41,149 nucleotides of DNA. It comes from a virus. Below are positions 1 through 8,655 of this stretch, piece after piece. Position 1 is the stretch's first letter. Every line of letters starts with the position of its first letter. Location: the UHGV virus genome UHGV-0455966; one strand, written 5' to 3'. The notes beneath the pieces were generated by a model, which saw only the letters and a list, made by a program, of their open reading frames with translations, was not told the origin of the DNA and ran no database searches. The position numbers and the translations under genes are program-made.

Positions 1-1057
1 GGTCTTCAAAGTCAGCGATACGCTTCGCCATAATCAGATCGTCGGTAGTCTTGTTGCCAGTCCACAGCACCTTACTGTGTAGCCCCTGCCGCAGGTATAT
101 CACCGCGTCATCAACGCCTGAATATGCCGGGTCAACACCGATTATCACCGGAGCATGCGCCACCTGCGCAGCGGTTACCACCCGTTTCATTGCCTCATCA
201 GTAAGACCGGTAGGGATAAACTGCAATTCAGATGCATCAGGGAATATGCCGCGCACACGGATTTTAACGAAGTCGCTGTCTTCCCCGTAGTCATCAACCC
301 ATTTCTGCAACTGCTGTTTGTTAGTGCCTTCCACCGTCCGGCTGTCAATCTGCGCAGTTTTCCAGCGGTGTTTATATTTGCGGAAACATTCGCGGAAACG
401 CCCGGTGTTACGTGTAGGGTTTCCGAATGCCACCCAGATAATCTCAGTGTCTTCGTCCGTCAGCGCACCCTCTGCTACCTCCCACACCAGATCGGCAATG
501 TTGGATGCTTCGTCGAATACCACGATGATGCGTTTGCGCTCGTTGTGTAGTCCGGCGAATGCCTCAGTGTTGTGCTCAGACCAGGGGATTGCGTCAGCTC
601 GCCACCGCTTGTCGTGCCCAGGGTCATTGCTGTACATCGCGGTAGCGGTACAGGTAAACCAGTCTTTCGTGATAGCAAGGTTCGACCACTTGATAATTTC
701 CGGCCAGGTCTTCGTTCGTAGCTGGTTGTCGGTGTTGGCGGTCACCACGACCTTACAATCCTCGCAAGTGGACATGCCCCAGTTGATCAGCATTGAGATG
801 AATGCGGATTTACCAATACCGTGACCCGAAGCGCGTGCCAGCATAAGCGGCTGATAGCGCGTCTCTGGATTCTGCAGGTGATCACGTATCTCTCGGAACG
901 CATCAGCCTGCCACTGACGTGGACCGGTGGCATGTGCTAATTCAGTCCCCTCTTCCCCCCACGGGAACGCATAGAGGGCATAGCCAAGCGGATCGTGAGT
1001 GAACCCTGCAATATCCTCGATCAACTGCTCTTCAGGAGATAACGCTGTATCTGTCAC
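1..1057 (-). CDS. terL: terminase large subunit, N-terminal 352 codons (continues at 40737..41149)
   Basis: GTG start at 1057 overlapping terS stop (GTGA), RBS AGGATGG upstream; Walker A ARASGHGIGKS and Walker B VVFDEAS in translation; frame runs off position 1 leaving 1 nt. Confidence 0.85.
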   Translation of the reverse strand, partial: MTDTALSPEEQLIEDIAGFTHDPLGYALYAFPWGEEGTELAHATGPRQWQADAFREIRDHLQNPETRYQPLMLARASGHGIGKSAFISMLINWGMSTCEDCKVVVTANTDNQLRTKTWPEIIKWSNLAITKDWFTCTATAMYSNDPGHDKRWRADAIPWSEHNTEAFAGLHNERKRIIVVFDEASNIADLVWEVAEGALTDEDTEIIWVAFGNPTRNTGRFRECFRKYKHRWKTAQIDSRTVEGTNKQQLQKWVDDYGEDSDFVKIRVRGIFPDASELQFIPTGLTDEAMKRVVTAAQVAHAPVIIGVDPAYSGVDDAVIYLRQGLHSKVLWTGNKTTDDLIMAKRIADFED

Positions 1058-1650
1058 TGATTACCATCCTGACGTTCTTTGAGTCGCTTCCTGGCTGCCG
1101 CTATGCGATCAGCAATTGTCACATTCACATTAACATCCAGGCGTTCTTTGAATGCGTTGACGTCGACGTGCTTACCAATCAGTTCGAGGTTCTTCACCTT
1201 GTCAGGCCATTTAATTTTTTTGAGGATTGTCTCTATCGAATCCTCGTTCATGTTCATGATGGTCGATGACAGATCAAAGCCACTAAGCGTAGTGCGCCAG
1301 ATTTTCGGCCACTCACGGATTGGTTTAAGGCTCCCATCGTCGTTGAGGATATCGATCACGTCCATCTGGTCGATCTCCACCAGGCGCATGAGAACGTAAT
1401 CAGCACTGACGCGCATTCGTTTGTTGCGCTCCTCCATCAACTCGGCAATCCGTTTTTGAATGCGTTCATCGCGCATCATGACACTGGCTTTAACTGCCGC
1501 TGTATTTGGGGAGAATCCTGCGTTAATCGCTGCCTGAGTCTGGTTTTCAGGCGTTTTGATGTATGACTGGCAATAAGCCTCCTGCATTGCTGTGAGCGGC
1601 TTAAATTGCGTTGATTTGCGTTTATAGGTTTTAGGTTCAGCAGGCATCAT
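1054..1650 (-). CDS. terS: terminase small subunit
   Basis: Translation from MMPAEPKTYKRK...TAMQEAYCQSYIKTPENQTQAAINAGFSPNTAAVKA resembles Terminase_2-type small subunits; immediately upstream of terL. Track ORF start (1728) is probably an over-extension through a terminator and repeat. Confidence 0.7.
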   Translation of the reverse strand: MMPAEPKTYKRKSTQFKPLTAMQEAYCQSYIKTPENQTQAAINAGFSPNTAAVKASVMMRDERIQKRIAELMEERNKRMRVSADYVLMRLVEIDQMDVIDILNDDGSLKPIREWPKIWRTTLSGFDLSSTIMNMNEDSIETILKKIKWPDKVKNLELIGKHVDVNAFKERLDVNVNVTIADRIAAARKRLKERQDGNQ

Positions 1651-1654
1651 AACC

Positions 1655-1690
1655 ACCGTGGTAATAGTTACCGTTGTGGTAATAGTACCA
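1655..1690. repeat. tandem direct repeat GTGGTAATAGT(T)ACC x2 directly upstream of terS start
   Basis: Two 15-nt copies spaced 18 bp at 1658-1672 and 1676-1690, each containing GGTAA-N3-(T)TACC; lies between a minus-strand terminator and the terS ATG. Confidence 0.6.
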
Positions 1691-1691
1691 T

Positions 1692-1719
1692 GCAAAATAA
1701 AGCCGCCATAGTTGGCGGC
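1692..1719 (-). terminator. intrinsic terminator separating early/nin-like genes from terS
   Basis: Hairpin GCCGCC-atagtt-GGCGGC (1702-1719); on the minus strand followed by UUUAUUUU. Confidence 0.55.
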
Positions 1720-1768
1720 AGTATTCAAAACCCATCAAATTCATCATGCATAATCTACTCGTAACATG

Positions 1769-2110
1769 TCACACTATTAATTTCGTTTCATGCCAGCCTT
1801 TAGTCACCCAGCATTGCGAGTCACCATTACACGGGCATGAATTAACTGGAACTCTCTCGCCGCACTTACCGCAACGTTTTCTGCTGATCGATTTTATACG
1901 CCCGTGCACGCGTGCATCATCCTGGCGGATCAATAACGCTATATACTCACCAAATTCGTAAGGCGCACGCCCGGGGCGACGCGTGGCACAGTTACGCTCC
2001 AGCATTTCAATTTCCTGAGCATCAAGCACAATTTCCAGCTTACGCACACCAGATGCAGCTTGTCTGGCTCTCTGAGCGGCTTTGCGCTCTGCTGCTGATT
2101 TAGCCATCAA
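1769..2110 (-). CDS. hypothetical zinc-ribbon protein, possible late-gene regulator
   Basis: C-terminal CGKCGERVPVNSCPCNGDSQC cysteine cluster; sits immediately upstream of the terminator/terS, where lambdoid late regulators usually lie. Confidence 0.45.
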   Translation of the reverse strand: MMAKSAAERKAAQRARQAASGVRKLEIVLDAQEIEMLERNCATRRPGRAPYEFGEYIALLIRQDDARVHGRIKSISRKRCGKCGERVPVNSCPCNGDSQCWVTKGWHETKLIV

Positions 2111-2384
2111 TATTTACCTTTATCGCGAACACATTTACCGGTTTATCGCCGAAGTGTGGATGTGTGATTGTTTTTATTTCATATCCGTTATACGGGACGT
2201 CAATTCTGCGACTGAAGTCTTTGCGCTTCGGATATCCCTTTGTGATAATCAGGCGGTAATACTTACGGTTAACGAGGCGCTTATTCCAGTAGTCATTACA
2301 CAGGCGATACTCTTCCGTTTTCTCCCCGCGAATCATGGCATCGAAGTATTCACCTTTAACGGCAAGTTGCAGGTTAGCCATCAC
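2100..2384 (-). CDS. hypothetical protein (nin-region-like)
   Basis: 94-aa ORF in operon context, overlapping neighbours. Confidence 0.5.
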   Translation of the reverse strand: MMANLQLAVKGEYFDAMIRGEKTEEYRLCNDYWNKRLVNRKYYRLIITKGYPKRKDFSRRIDVPYNGYEIKTITHPHFGDKPVNVFAIKVNIDG

Positions 2385-2608
2385 TCATCATCCTCATCCC
2401 AATCATCGTCGTTATCGCCAACCGACCATAACAGTGGGTTGGTAACTTTGCTTATCTGGCTTGCATATCCGCTACGTCCAAGGCTTCTCAGTACGTTGTA
2501 TATTTCAAACATCTCAGTGCGTTCATCGCCAATGTCTAGCTGGCAGGCCAGTGCGTGACACTCTGAAGCGAGCGAGTCTAACTTTTGGAGGAATTCTGAT
2601 TTACTCAC
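2381..2608 (-). CDS. hypothetical small acidic protein
   Basis: GTG start at 2608 with GGAGG RBS, overlaps upstream stop; acidic tail DNDDDWDEDDE. Confidence 0.45.
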   Translation of the reverse strand: MSKSEFLQKLDSLASECHALACQLDIGDERTEMFEIYNVLRSLGRSGYASQISKVTNPLLWSVGDNDDDWDEDDE

Positions 2609-3447
2609 GGATTCACCTCCTGCGGCGGTTCTGGTAGCGGCATCCAGAACAAGGCGTTCCCTAACCACGATAAAGTGCCGTCGCTCAACTCCACGTATTC
2701 CCCTTGTACCTGTCCTGCCATATACTCGCCGTGCTTTGAATAAATTAAAATCCAATCATCTTGAGGGGGCATTCGCTCACTACAGCTTATCCAACCATCC
2801 GGAGTTACCGGAGAGTTGCCTGCCAGTCTACGCAAAACAGCCTTAACAGCCTCAATACGGTCATCATCGTAACTTTCCGCCGTATCTATGCGGTCGAGCA
2901 TGATGATTGCGTTATCAATATCAGGATTGCCGGTCCACTCATTACCGCGATTGGATTCGGCAGCCTGGTTGCCGCGTACTGGTTGATTGTCGGCTTTACC
3001 CAGTCTGTCGTCGCTGCATGAATGCCCTTCCAGCCAGGCCAATGCTTGTCGCATGAAATACGCAATATGTTTGCCGTGGTAATCGTCTTCATCGATGTGA
3101 AAAGCGATACTACGAATGTATTCAATTGCGTTTTCAATGGCCTCTAACGCTATCGGCGCTGGCGGAGTGGTATATAGTTTTCGACATTTGTATATCCAAC
3201 CGGCATGGTCAGGCGTGTCTGTAAAACGCAAATCGTCTTCGTAGCACTCACGACTACGTTCTTTCCATTCCGTCCACGGAACACCGCTATTCCAGGTGGG
3301 GCGAGTGCAGGACTGATACAGAACAGGCTCTGCTTCCAGTGATGCCAGCGCAATTCGTGCCAGTTCCATTTGTTCGCCACGGGTAAGCCCGTTATCAAGC
3401 GGATTTTTAATGAATAATTCGATACGTTCTTTGGTAATAGTGGTCAT
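2605..3447 (-). CDS. hypothetical protein with DUF551-like C-terminal domain
   Basis: C-terminal ...LSWLGNALFWMPLPEPP matches the WMPLPxPP signature recalled for DUF551 prophage proteins. Confidence 0.55.
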   Translation of the reverse strand: MTTITKERIELFIKNPLDNGLTRGEQMELARIALASLEAEPVLYQSCTRPTWNSGVPWTEWKERSRECYEDDLRFTDTPDHAGWIYKCRKLYTTPPAPIALEAIENAIEYIRSIAFHIDEDDYHGKHIAYFMRQALAWLEGHSCSDDRLGKADNQPVRGNQAAESNRGNEWTGNPDIDNAIIMLDRIDTAESYDDDRIEAVKAVLRRLAGNSPVTPDGWISCSERMPPQDDWILIYSKHGEYMAGQVQGEYVELSDGTLSWLGNALFWMPLPEPPQEVNP

Positions 3448-3653
3448 TTGTTAATCCTCAAAACTTTATGCCCGGGCGCAAAAGCACGTGTTTTGTCTTT
3501 ACTTATTCGCCACCCGTCTTTACGGGCCTCTTTTGCACAACCAGACCATGACGTACCGATATACTCACCGAAGTCTGGCACTGGATATACACCTTCCGTA
3601 CACTGGCGGCAGTCACAATAGAGATGCATGGTGTAACTTGCAGCGATAGCCAT
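3444..3653 (-). CDS. hypothetical Cys-rich small protein
   Basis: ATG at 3653 with AGGAGA RBS; MAIAASYTMHLYCDCRQCTEG... Confidence 0.5.
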   Translation of the reverse strand: MAIAASYTMHLYCDCRQCTEGVYPVPDFGEYIGTSWSGCAKEARKDGWRISKDKTRAFAPGHKVLRINK

Positions 3654-3654
3654 A

Positions 3655-4287
3655 TCACTCTCCTTTGATGCGAATGCCAGGGGCGCGTGGCACATTAACT
3701 TCCACGATGCGCACAGTTGGTTTGTACATCTCAATCGCAGTCAGCCAGTCAGCGCCAGTCATGCGCTTTTCTGCATCGCCATTAGTCCACTTAACCGGTA
3801 CACCAATAGCCTTCATCGCGATTTCTATTTCCCCGGCAATGGCGCTTTTTCCGCAACCAGTAAAACCAGATACAACGACCAGAACTTCACCTTTGGCTGG
3901 TTTTATTTCCCGCTCCTCCAGTTCAGCAATGCGCTTACTCCCATCCGAGATAACACCTTCGTAATACTCACGCTGCTCGTTGAGTTTTGATTTTGTCTCC
4001 TCAAGCTCAACTCTCAGCTTCCCAACCGTAAGCGCAATATCCTCGTTCTCCTGGTCGCGGGATTTGATGTATTGCTGGTTCCTTTCCCGTTCATCCAGTA
4101 GTGCCAGCACGGTTTCTGGTCCGGCCAGAAATTTGAAGGCGTTGAGCGCATCAATATCCACACCGTAATCTTTAAGTTCCTGTTCACTTAACAAATCATC
4201 ATCAGCTGGCAACATTAACAGGCGTTCCATTGCTGGAATTGCACGTTCCGCCGCCTCACGCAGTGCCTGGTAATTAATTTCGCTCAC
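3655..4287 (-). CDS. hypothetical coiled-coil protein with C-terminal P-loop motif
   Basis: Walker-A-like GFTGCGKS near C-terminus; N-terminal charged helical region. Confidence 0.5.
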   Translation of the reverse strand: MSEINYQALREAAERAIPAMERLLMLPADDDLLSEQELKDYGVDIDALNAFKFLAGPETVLALLDERERNQQYIKSRDQENEDIALTVGKLRVELEETKSKLNEQREYYEGVISDGSKRIAELEEREIKPAKGEVLVVVSGFTGCGKSAIAGEIEIAMKAIGVPVKWTNGDAEKRMTGADWLTAIEMYKPTVRIVEVNVPRAPGIRIKGE

Positions 4288-5045
4288 TGGTTGCCTCCTT
4301 TGCGAAGCTGGGCAGCAAAGTCAACTAACCACTCAGTCATTTCAACCTTCCCTACCAGGTCTGAACCAGGGTGCATACAGCAATCACTCTGCGCCGCTTT
4401 GAAATCCTTATACTCATATTCTTGGGCCACCAGATTTTTTGCAGCTTCTATAGCAGCATCCACGCCCCGCGCCCGCACTTCAGCCAGGAAGACGTCAGTG
4501 GACGGAGTTTGCACCGTGATGCTGTCACGCAGGATGAAGTACGCGTTAAGCATTCCGGTTTCAGGCATCTCCTCTGCATTAAATGCATCGATTGCAGCAT
4601 CCATTACAGGGCCAAGTGGTTGAGGGTGTGCGCTACGGATAGCATCACATTCAGCTATGATAGATTTGATTTTATCTACCAGGTCAGATGGTGACACGTC
4701 GTCAGCTGACCGATTAAACCCAAGTGCCTCCCGAACTGCGCACGACTCCGACATTCTTTGGTCTGCTTGCCCTGCTGACATTGAGTAGCGAGCATTCTCA
4801 GCAGCCAGAGCCGAAAACTTCTCGTGTGCCAACTTAACAGCCGCATCAGCCTGCTTAATTGACTCAATCGCTCTCTGGTGGTCTTCGGCCAGCGCATTAG
4901 CACGCACCAGTTGCACTTCCAGTTGCGTTGCCAAATCGCTGAGCAGCTTTGCCACATTACGCATATCAACGGCACCACATTCTGCTTTCAGTTCCGAAGC
5001 CATCTCATGCCCGGCGGCAACGAACCCTTTGATATTACTTTCCAT
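4284..5045 (-). CDS. hypothetical protein
   Basis: 253-aa ORF, same strand and coupled to neighbours. Confidence 0.5.
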   Translation of the reverse strand: MESNIKGFVAAGHEMASELKAECGAVDMRNVAKLLSDLATQLEVQLVRANALAEDHQRAIESIKQADAAVKLAHEKFSALAAENARYSMSAGQADQRMSESCAVREALGFNRSADDVSPSDLVDKIKSIIAECDAIRSAHPQPLGPVMDAAIDAFNAEEMPETGMLNAYFILRDSITVQTPSTDVFLAEVRARGVDAAIEAAKNLVAQEYEYKDFKAAQSDCCMHPGSDLVGKVEMTEWLVDFAAQLRKGGNQ

Positions 5046-5106
5046 CTTTACCCTCGCTTATCCACATAACTTATTGATTACATTGATAACTAAAAAGATC
5101 GTCGAT

Positions 5107-5451
5107 TCAGAACTCTTCGATGTTCCAGCCACCACCTGCTTTCTTTGGTTTAACCGTTACCCCGATGATTCGGAACGGATACTGATCTGCGGCGACTTTG
5201 GTTTTCACTCTGGCGTCGTCGGTCCAGAAACCTTTCACTTCGTGCAGTTCCATCTCGCCGGTGGCGAGCATCACAGCAAAATCGGGCGTATAGAACGTGT
5301 TGTCAGCTAACCGCAGCTTGATACCCTCGAATCGATACCAGGCGATTTCCCCTGCACGTTTACGCTGCTCAAGGTGCTGGCAATACGCAGATTCTGTTTT
5401 GTTCATCTGGCCTGTTTTGAGTCGACCAAGAGCCTGTATCTGTTTTCTCAT
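5107..5451 (-). CDS. DUF1064-like phage protein
   Basis: MRKQIQALGRLKTGQMNKTE...FEGIKLRLADNTFYTPDF recalled as DUF1064 pattern. Confidence 0.5.
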   Translation of the reverse strand: MRKQIQALGRLKTGQMNKTESAYCQHLEQRKRAGEIAWYRFEGIKLRLADNTFYTPDFAVMLATGEMELHEVKGFWTDDARVKTKVAADQYPFRIIGVTVKPKKAGGGWNIEEF

Positions 5452-5568
5452 GATTTACCTCTAAGGTAATTAAAAACCACATAAGACACGAAATCAATAG
5501 AGTTTAGAATATTTTGTTACCTGATAGGTAATTATTGAGACGTAAAAAAATGCGCTATCGCGCTGGTA

Positions 5569-6369
5569 TTACTTGATAAATCCTGCCACCTTTCCCCGCC
5601 TGTATTCCTCCATCAGCCACTGCGCCGGTGTTATTCCCCCAAGGGTGGCGGCGTTAGGCATGCACCCGAAACTTCGCCCTGGTGGATGGTAAACGTCTCT
5701 CCCTGTGTCCGGAGGCGTACTCATGGGTTCTGGCTTTGCCTGTATGCTGATCACCGGATCGGGTATCTGCTGTCCGGAAGCCACCTTTTTCGCCCAATCA
5801 TCGAGCAGCCTGCGCGCGTGTTTCTCAACCTCAATCTCGCTAAGCTGGCGCTGATACATTGCACGGCGGGTATCACATACGACCCAGTACATAACCGGAT
5901 GTCGCCACGGGAATCTTTCGGGACCACCAGGATATAAACTTTTTTCCTTGCTGTACCGGTGAAACTCCGCCATCACATCGTCAATGGTGACGCCAAGAAC
6001 CATCTTGCTGTCTTTACACCACTTGATGAATTGCCCTGGCGACGGCCAGAACGGAGACTCACTGGCGCGGGCGTGGCGCATACCAGCAGAAACCTGTTCA
6101 CGGGTTCGGATCCCCCCTTCGGCAAACGCAGCAATCCACTGCTGTTTTGCAGCAACTTCCTGCTCTGGCGTCTTCAGGTTGGTTACCACTGCCGCCGGAA
6201 ACAGTTGTTTCAGCTGTTTAAAAAGGGCATCAACAAGCCTCTCTGCTGACATGTTCACCACATTGTCATTGTTGACGTACTGATGCTCATAACCTGACAT
6301 GCGAGAAAGGGCTTCTCCGTCACGGTTTTGTATCGCAGTAAAAACGTTGTTCACAAGAAATCCTCCCAT
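5569..6369 (-). CDS. replication protein P-like (helicase loader)
   Basis: ...AAFAEGGIRTREQVSAGMRHARASESPFWPSPGQFIKWCKD aligns by eye with lambda P ...NGITTMEQVNAGMRVARRQNRPFLPSPGQFVAWCRE; start may be a later Met since it overlaps the O-like gene end. Confidence 0.7.
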   Translation of the reverse strand: MGGFLVNNVFTAIQNRDGEALSRMSGYEHQYVNNDNVVNMSAERLVDALFKQLKQLFPAAVVTNLKTPEQEVAAKQQWIAAFAEGGIRTREQVSAGMRHARASESPFWPSPGQFIKWCKDSKMVLGVTIDDVMAEFHRYSKEKSLYPGGPERFPWRHPVMYWVVCDTRRAMYQRQLSEIEVEKHARRLLDDWAKKVASGQQIPDPVISIQAKPEPMSTPPDTGRDVYHPPGRSFGCMPNAATLGGITPAQWLMEEYRRGKVAGFIK

Positions 6370-7166
6370 GCTTCAGGGCTGTTCCAGTGCGGAACGTTGT
6401 TATCAGGTAATGTTGATTGCTTCTGTCTGCTAATCTGCAGCCGCCTTGCCAGCTTCTGCTCCCACTGTGCCTGATGGTATGCCTTACCCTCAGCCATCCA
6501 GTAAATTCTGAACTCTGCAAGTTCCTGTGCCGTTGGCAGACTGTCCAGGTAGATCCCCTGCAATGAGCTTTTCCGAAGAAAGTCATCTGATGGCTGCCAT
6601 TGTTCATGCATGACAAATTTGCCTAATTGCCCTGGCCCACCAGGAGGAACAAAGTTATTCATCACGGCGTTGTTTGCGCCGGGGTCATGAGGCACAGAAT
6701 CCCCGCTTTTTGTCCTGCTCTCCCTCTCTTGGTTAAATGACTGGTTATATGACTGGTTCTGGATCCCGTTTTTGGGATCATTCAACATCCCGTTTTTGGG
6801 ATCATTCAACATCCCGTTTTTGGGTATATTCCCGTTTTCGGTAACATTACCGTTTTCGGGTCCATTACCCCCTTCCCGGTTGCCTTTAATGTTCCCGTTT
6901 TTGGTTATATTAAGAGAGAAAACCCGCACTCTTTTCGTCGCTCCCTTTCTCTCTCCGGTATCTGAAATAAGCCCCATTTTCATGAGCGATATAAGCCCGG
7001 CCTGCACGGTTTTTTTATTCAGGCAAGTGTCTTTAACGAGGCGTTCTATGCTGGGGTAGCAGAGGTTATATTCATCGGCTCTGTCAGCCATCGAGAGCAG
7101 TATGAGCTTTAATGACGAGCTACCTGGATCTGTCTCCCAGGCCCAATCTGTTGCATGTCTGCTCAT
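6351..7166 (-). CDS. replication initiator, O-like, with internal origin iterons
   Basis: N-terminal HTH-like region, Asn/Gly-rich repeat KNGMLNDPKNGMLNDPKNG encoded by DNA iterons, directly upstream of P-like gene. Confidence 0.65.
   Translation of the reverse strand: MSRHATDWAWETDPGSSSLKLILLSMADRADEYNLCYPSIERLVKDTCLNKKTVQAGLISLMKMGLISDTGERKGATKRVRVFSLNITKNGNIKGNREGGNGPENGNVTENGNIPKNGMLNDPKNGMLNDPKNGIQNQSYNQSFNQERESRTKSGDSVPHDPGANNAVMNNFVPPGGPGQLGKFVMHEQWQPSDDFLRKSSLQGIYLDSLPTAQELAEFRIYWMAEGKAYHQAQWEQKLARRLQISRQKQSTLPDNNVPHWNSPEAWEDFL
6763..6914. repeat. putative replication origin iterons inside the O-like gene
   Basis: About 6 copies of TCCCGTTTT(T)GG at roughly 20-24 bp spacing (two perfect 24-mers ATCCCGTTTTTGGGATCATTCAAC at 6763 and 6787), followed by AT-rich stretch. 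Confidence 0.65.
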
Positions 7167-7181
7167 GATTAATCTCCGCTA

Positions 7182-7382
7182 TCAGCTTGAATGTTGTGGG
7201 GAGGAATTAATCATGATCTGCTTAATCTCTGCCCTGATACGACGGTTTGATTCCATGGTGCACTCAACACAGTGTCCGTTGTAAACCCAGCGTTCACTGT
7301 CATGTCCGTGCTTACATGGTTTTCCGGTGTAGTAGCGTTTAAGTCCGCGCTTTGCGGCATCAATACGTGTAATGATTTCCAT
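7182..7382 (-). CDS. hypothetical small Cys/His-containing protein (cII-position gene)
   Basis: MEIITRIDAAKRGLKRYYTGKPCKHGHDSERWVYNGHCVEC...; sits between Cro-like gene and O-like gene. Confidence 0.45.
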   Translation of the reverse strand: MEIITRIDAAKRGLKRYYTGKPCKHGHDSERWVYNGHCVECTMESNRRIRAEIKQIMINSSPQHSS

Positions 7383-7483
7383 GGTAAGCCCTGTTATTAG
7401 TATTGGGATTACGGTCATTTTGTGCTGACACAAAAAAAAGATCAACCAGATTTGGTTTTTTATTACCTTTGAGGTACGAATAG

Positions 7484-7511
7484 ATATGAAAAGACCGCCG
7501 GGTGGCGGTCT
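7484..7511 (-). terminator. intrinsic terminator downstream of Cro-like gene (tR1-like position)
   Basis: 8-bp stem AGACCGCC/GGCGGTCT with GGGT loop; minus strand followed by UUUUC. Confidence 0.5.
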
Positions 7512-7532
7512 ACAGAGGGTTGTAGCTGGATA

Positions 7533-7763
7533 TCATGAGTAGAAGAAGTATGCCAGTTCTGCTTTTGAGCGCAGCCATTGTCTTGTTTTACAGGCTTTAA
7601 AAAGCCCATTCATCAATACTTTACCTGGCATTTTGCGCTTACCTGTTAAGTGAGTCTGGATATAGTGACTCGTCGTTCCGGCTTCCTGTGCGAAGGCTTC
7701 ACGCTCATCCGGAGTAAGTGCAAGCCAGTGCTTTTTGAAATCGAAATGTCCGTTATCGCTCAT
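7533..7763 (-). CDS. Cro-like HTH regulator
   Basis: HTH-like DEREAFAQEAGTTSHYIQTHLTGKRK; divergent from repressor; first gene of the operon leading to O/P. Confidence 0.6.
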   Translation of the reverse strand: MSDNGHFDFKKHWLALTPDEREAFAQEAGTTSHYIQTHLTGKRKMPGKVLMNGLFKACKTRQWLRSKAELAYFFYS

Positions 7764-7917
7764 AGCTATTGCCTGATATTTATTTCAGATAATAAATATT
7801 CACCCATAAGGTAACAAAAATCAAGGATAGTTACCTATGAGGTGCATTTACCTGTTGGGTAATATTGCTTTAAATTGAATCATCTACTGATTCATATATG
7901 AGGCGATTTTCCAGAAA
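7764..7917. promoter_or_regulatory. divergent immunity control region with operator-like palindromes
   Basis: TTACC-tgttg-GGTAA at 7848-7862 (perfect), TTACC-tatga-GGTGC at 7831-7845, extra half-sites; AT-rich promoter-like hexamers on both strands. Confidence 0.6.
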
Positions 7918-8502
7918 ATGAAAAGTATCCAGGACGTCCGCAGGCAAAATCTCAACGACTTGATCGACCGTGAATTCAATGGTGTTCAGACGCGGATGGC
8001 AGAAAAACTTGGAACTCAGGCAAATCTGGTAAACCGCTGGGCTCTTGGCAAGAAGGTTATCGGCGACCAGGTTGCACGAAAAATTGAAGCTGCCGCCAAT
8101 AAACCCCGTAACTGGCTTGATATTGATCGCTCGCTTTCTCAGGAGGGTTTTCAGCCTGTCGGCCCGAGTGATATAGGTCAGCTGGCGGCTCACAACCTGG
8201 AACGCTGGATGAGCGAAAGCCGCGACCTTTCAACGCAGGGAAAACTACACCGCGCATCCGGCGTCGCCCAGGTGACAATCAGCCGCCTGTTAAACAATGA
8301 GGTCAGCGTTTCCATTTCCACCCTGGAGAATGTTGCATCCGCATTCGGGCGTCACGGCTATGAATTACTGATTCACCCGCACGACCCTGCGACCATCAAC
8401 TATGATCGCTCGCGCTACGCATTGTTACCCGAAACCGAGAAAGCAAAGATCGAAAGTTACATTGAATTTGTCATCAACCAGAACGAAAAAAACAAACAAT
8501 AA
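7918..8502 (+). CDS. prophage repressor with two HTH domains, no S24 peptidase motif
   Basis: HTH 1 QTRMAEKLGTQANLVNRWALGKK, HTH 2 LHRASGVAQVTISRLLNNEVSVSISTLENVASAFG; no GDSM/Ser-Lys dyad region; divergent from Cro-like gene. Confidence 0.7.
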   Translation: MKSIQDVRRQNLNDLIDREFNGVQTRMAEKLGTQANLVNRWALGKKVIGDQVARKIEAAANKPRNWLDIDRSLSQEGFQPVGPSDIGQLAAHNLERWMSESRDLSTQGKLHRASGVAQVTISRLLNNEVSVSISTLENVASAFGRHGYELLIHPHDPATINYDRSRYALLPETEKAKIESYIEFVINQNEKNKQ

Positions 8503-8522
8503 AATCATATTTTTCAGTAAGT

Positions 8523-8548
8523 AAGCCGCCTTCTGGCGGCTTTTTTAT
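8523..8548 (+). terminator. intrinsic terminator after repressor gene
   Basis: GCCGCC-ttct-GGCGGC followed by TTTTTT. Confidence 0.7.
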
Positions 8549-8559
8549 TGCCTATTCGA

Positions 8560-8636
8560 TTACCTAATGGGTAATTTTTTTAACTCATATCTATTGACAT
8601 CAAACCAGATACGCATAATTATTACCTCAACGGTAA
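8560..8636 (+). promoter_or_regulatory. pL-like early-left promoter flanked by two operator palindromes
   Basis: TTGACA at 8594-8599; palindromes TTACC-taatg-GGTAA (8560-8574) and TTACC-tcaac-GGTAA (8622-8636). Confidence 0.55.
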
Positions 8637-8655
8637 CAGACCGAGGTAACAAGTT

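Noticed and set aside
51-824. Plus-strand ORFs of 79-168 aa in the first kilobase
   Set aside because: They are antisense shadows of the minus-strand terL frame, which has Walker A/B motifs and operon context.
1651-1728. Track N-terminal extension of terS (MNTAANYGG...TITTTVTITTVV)
   Set aside because: The extension is encoded by the tandem repeat and terminator hairpin; MMPAEP at 1650 has an RBS and matches small-terminase N-termini.
6763-6914. Short regularly spaced direct repeats that could suggest a CRISPR array
   Set aside because: Repeats are about 12-24 bp, degenerate, inside a coding gene, with no unique spacers or cas genes; they fit origin iterons.
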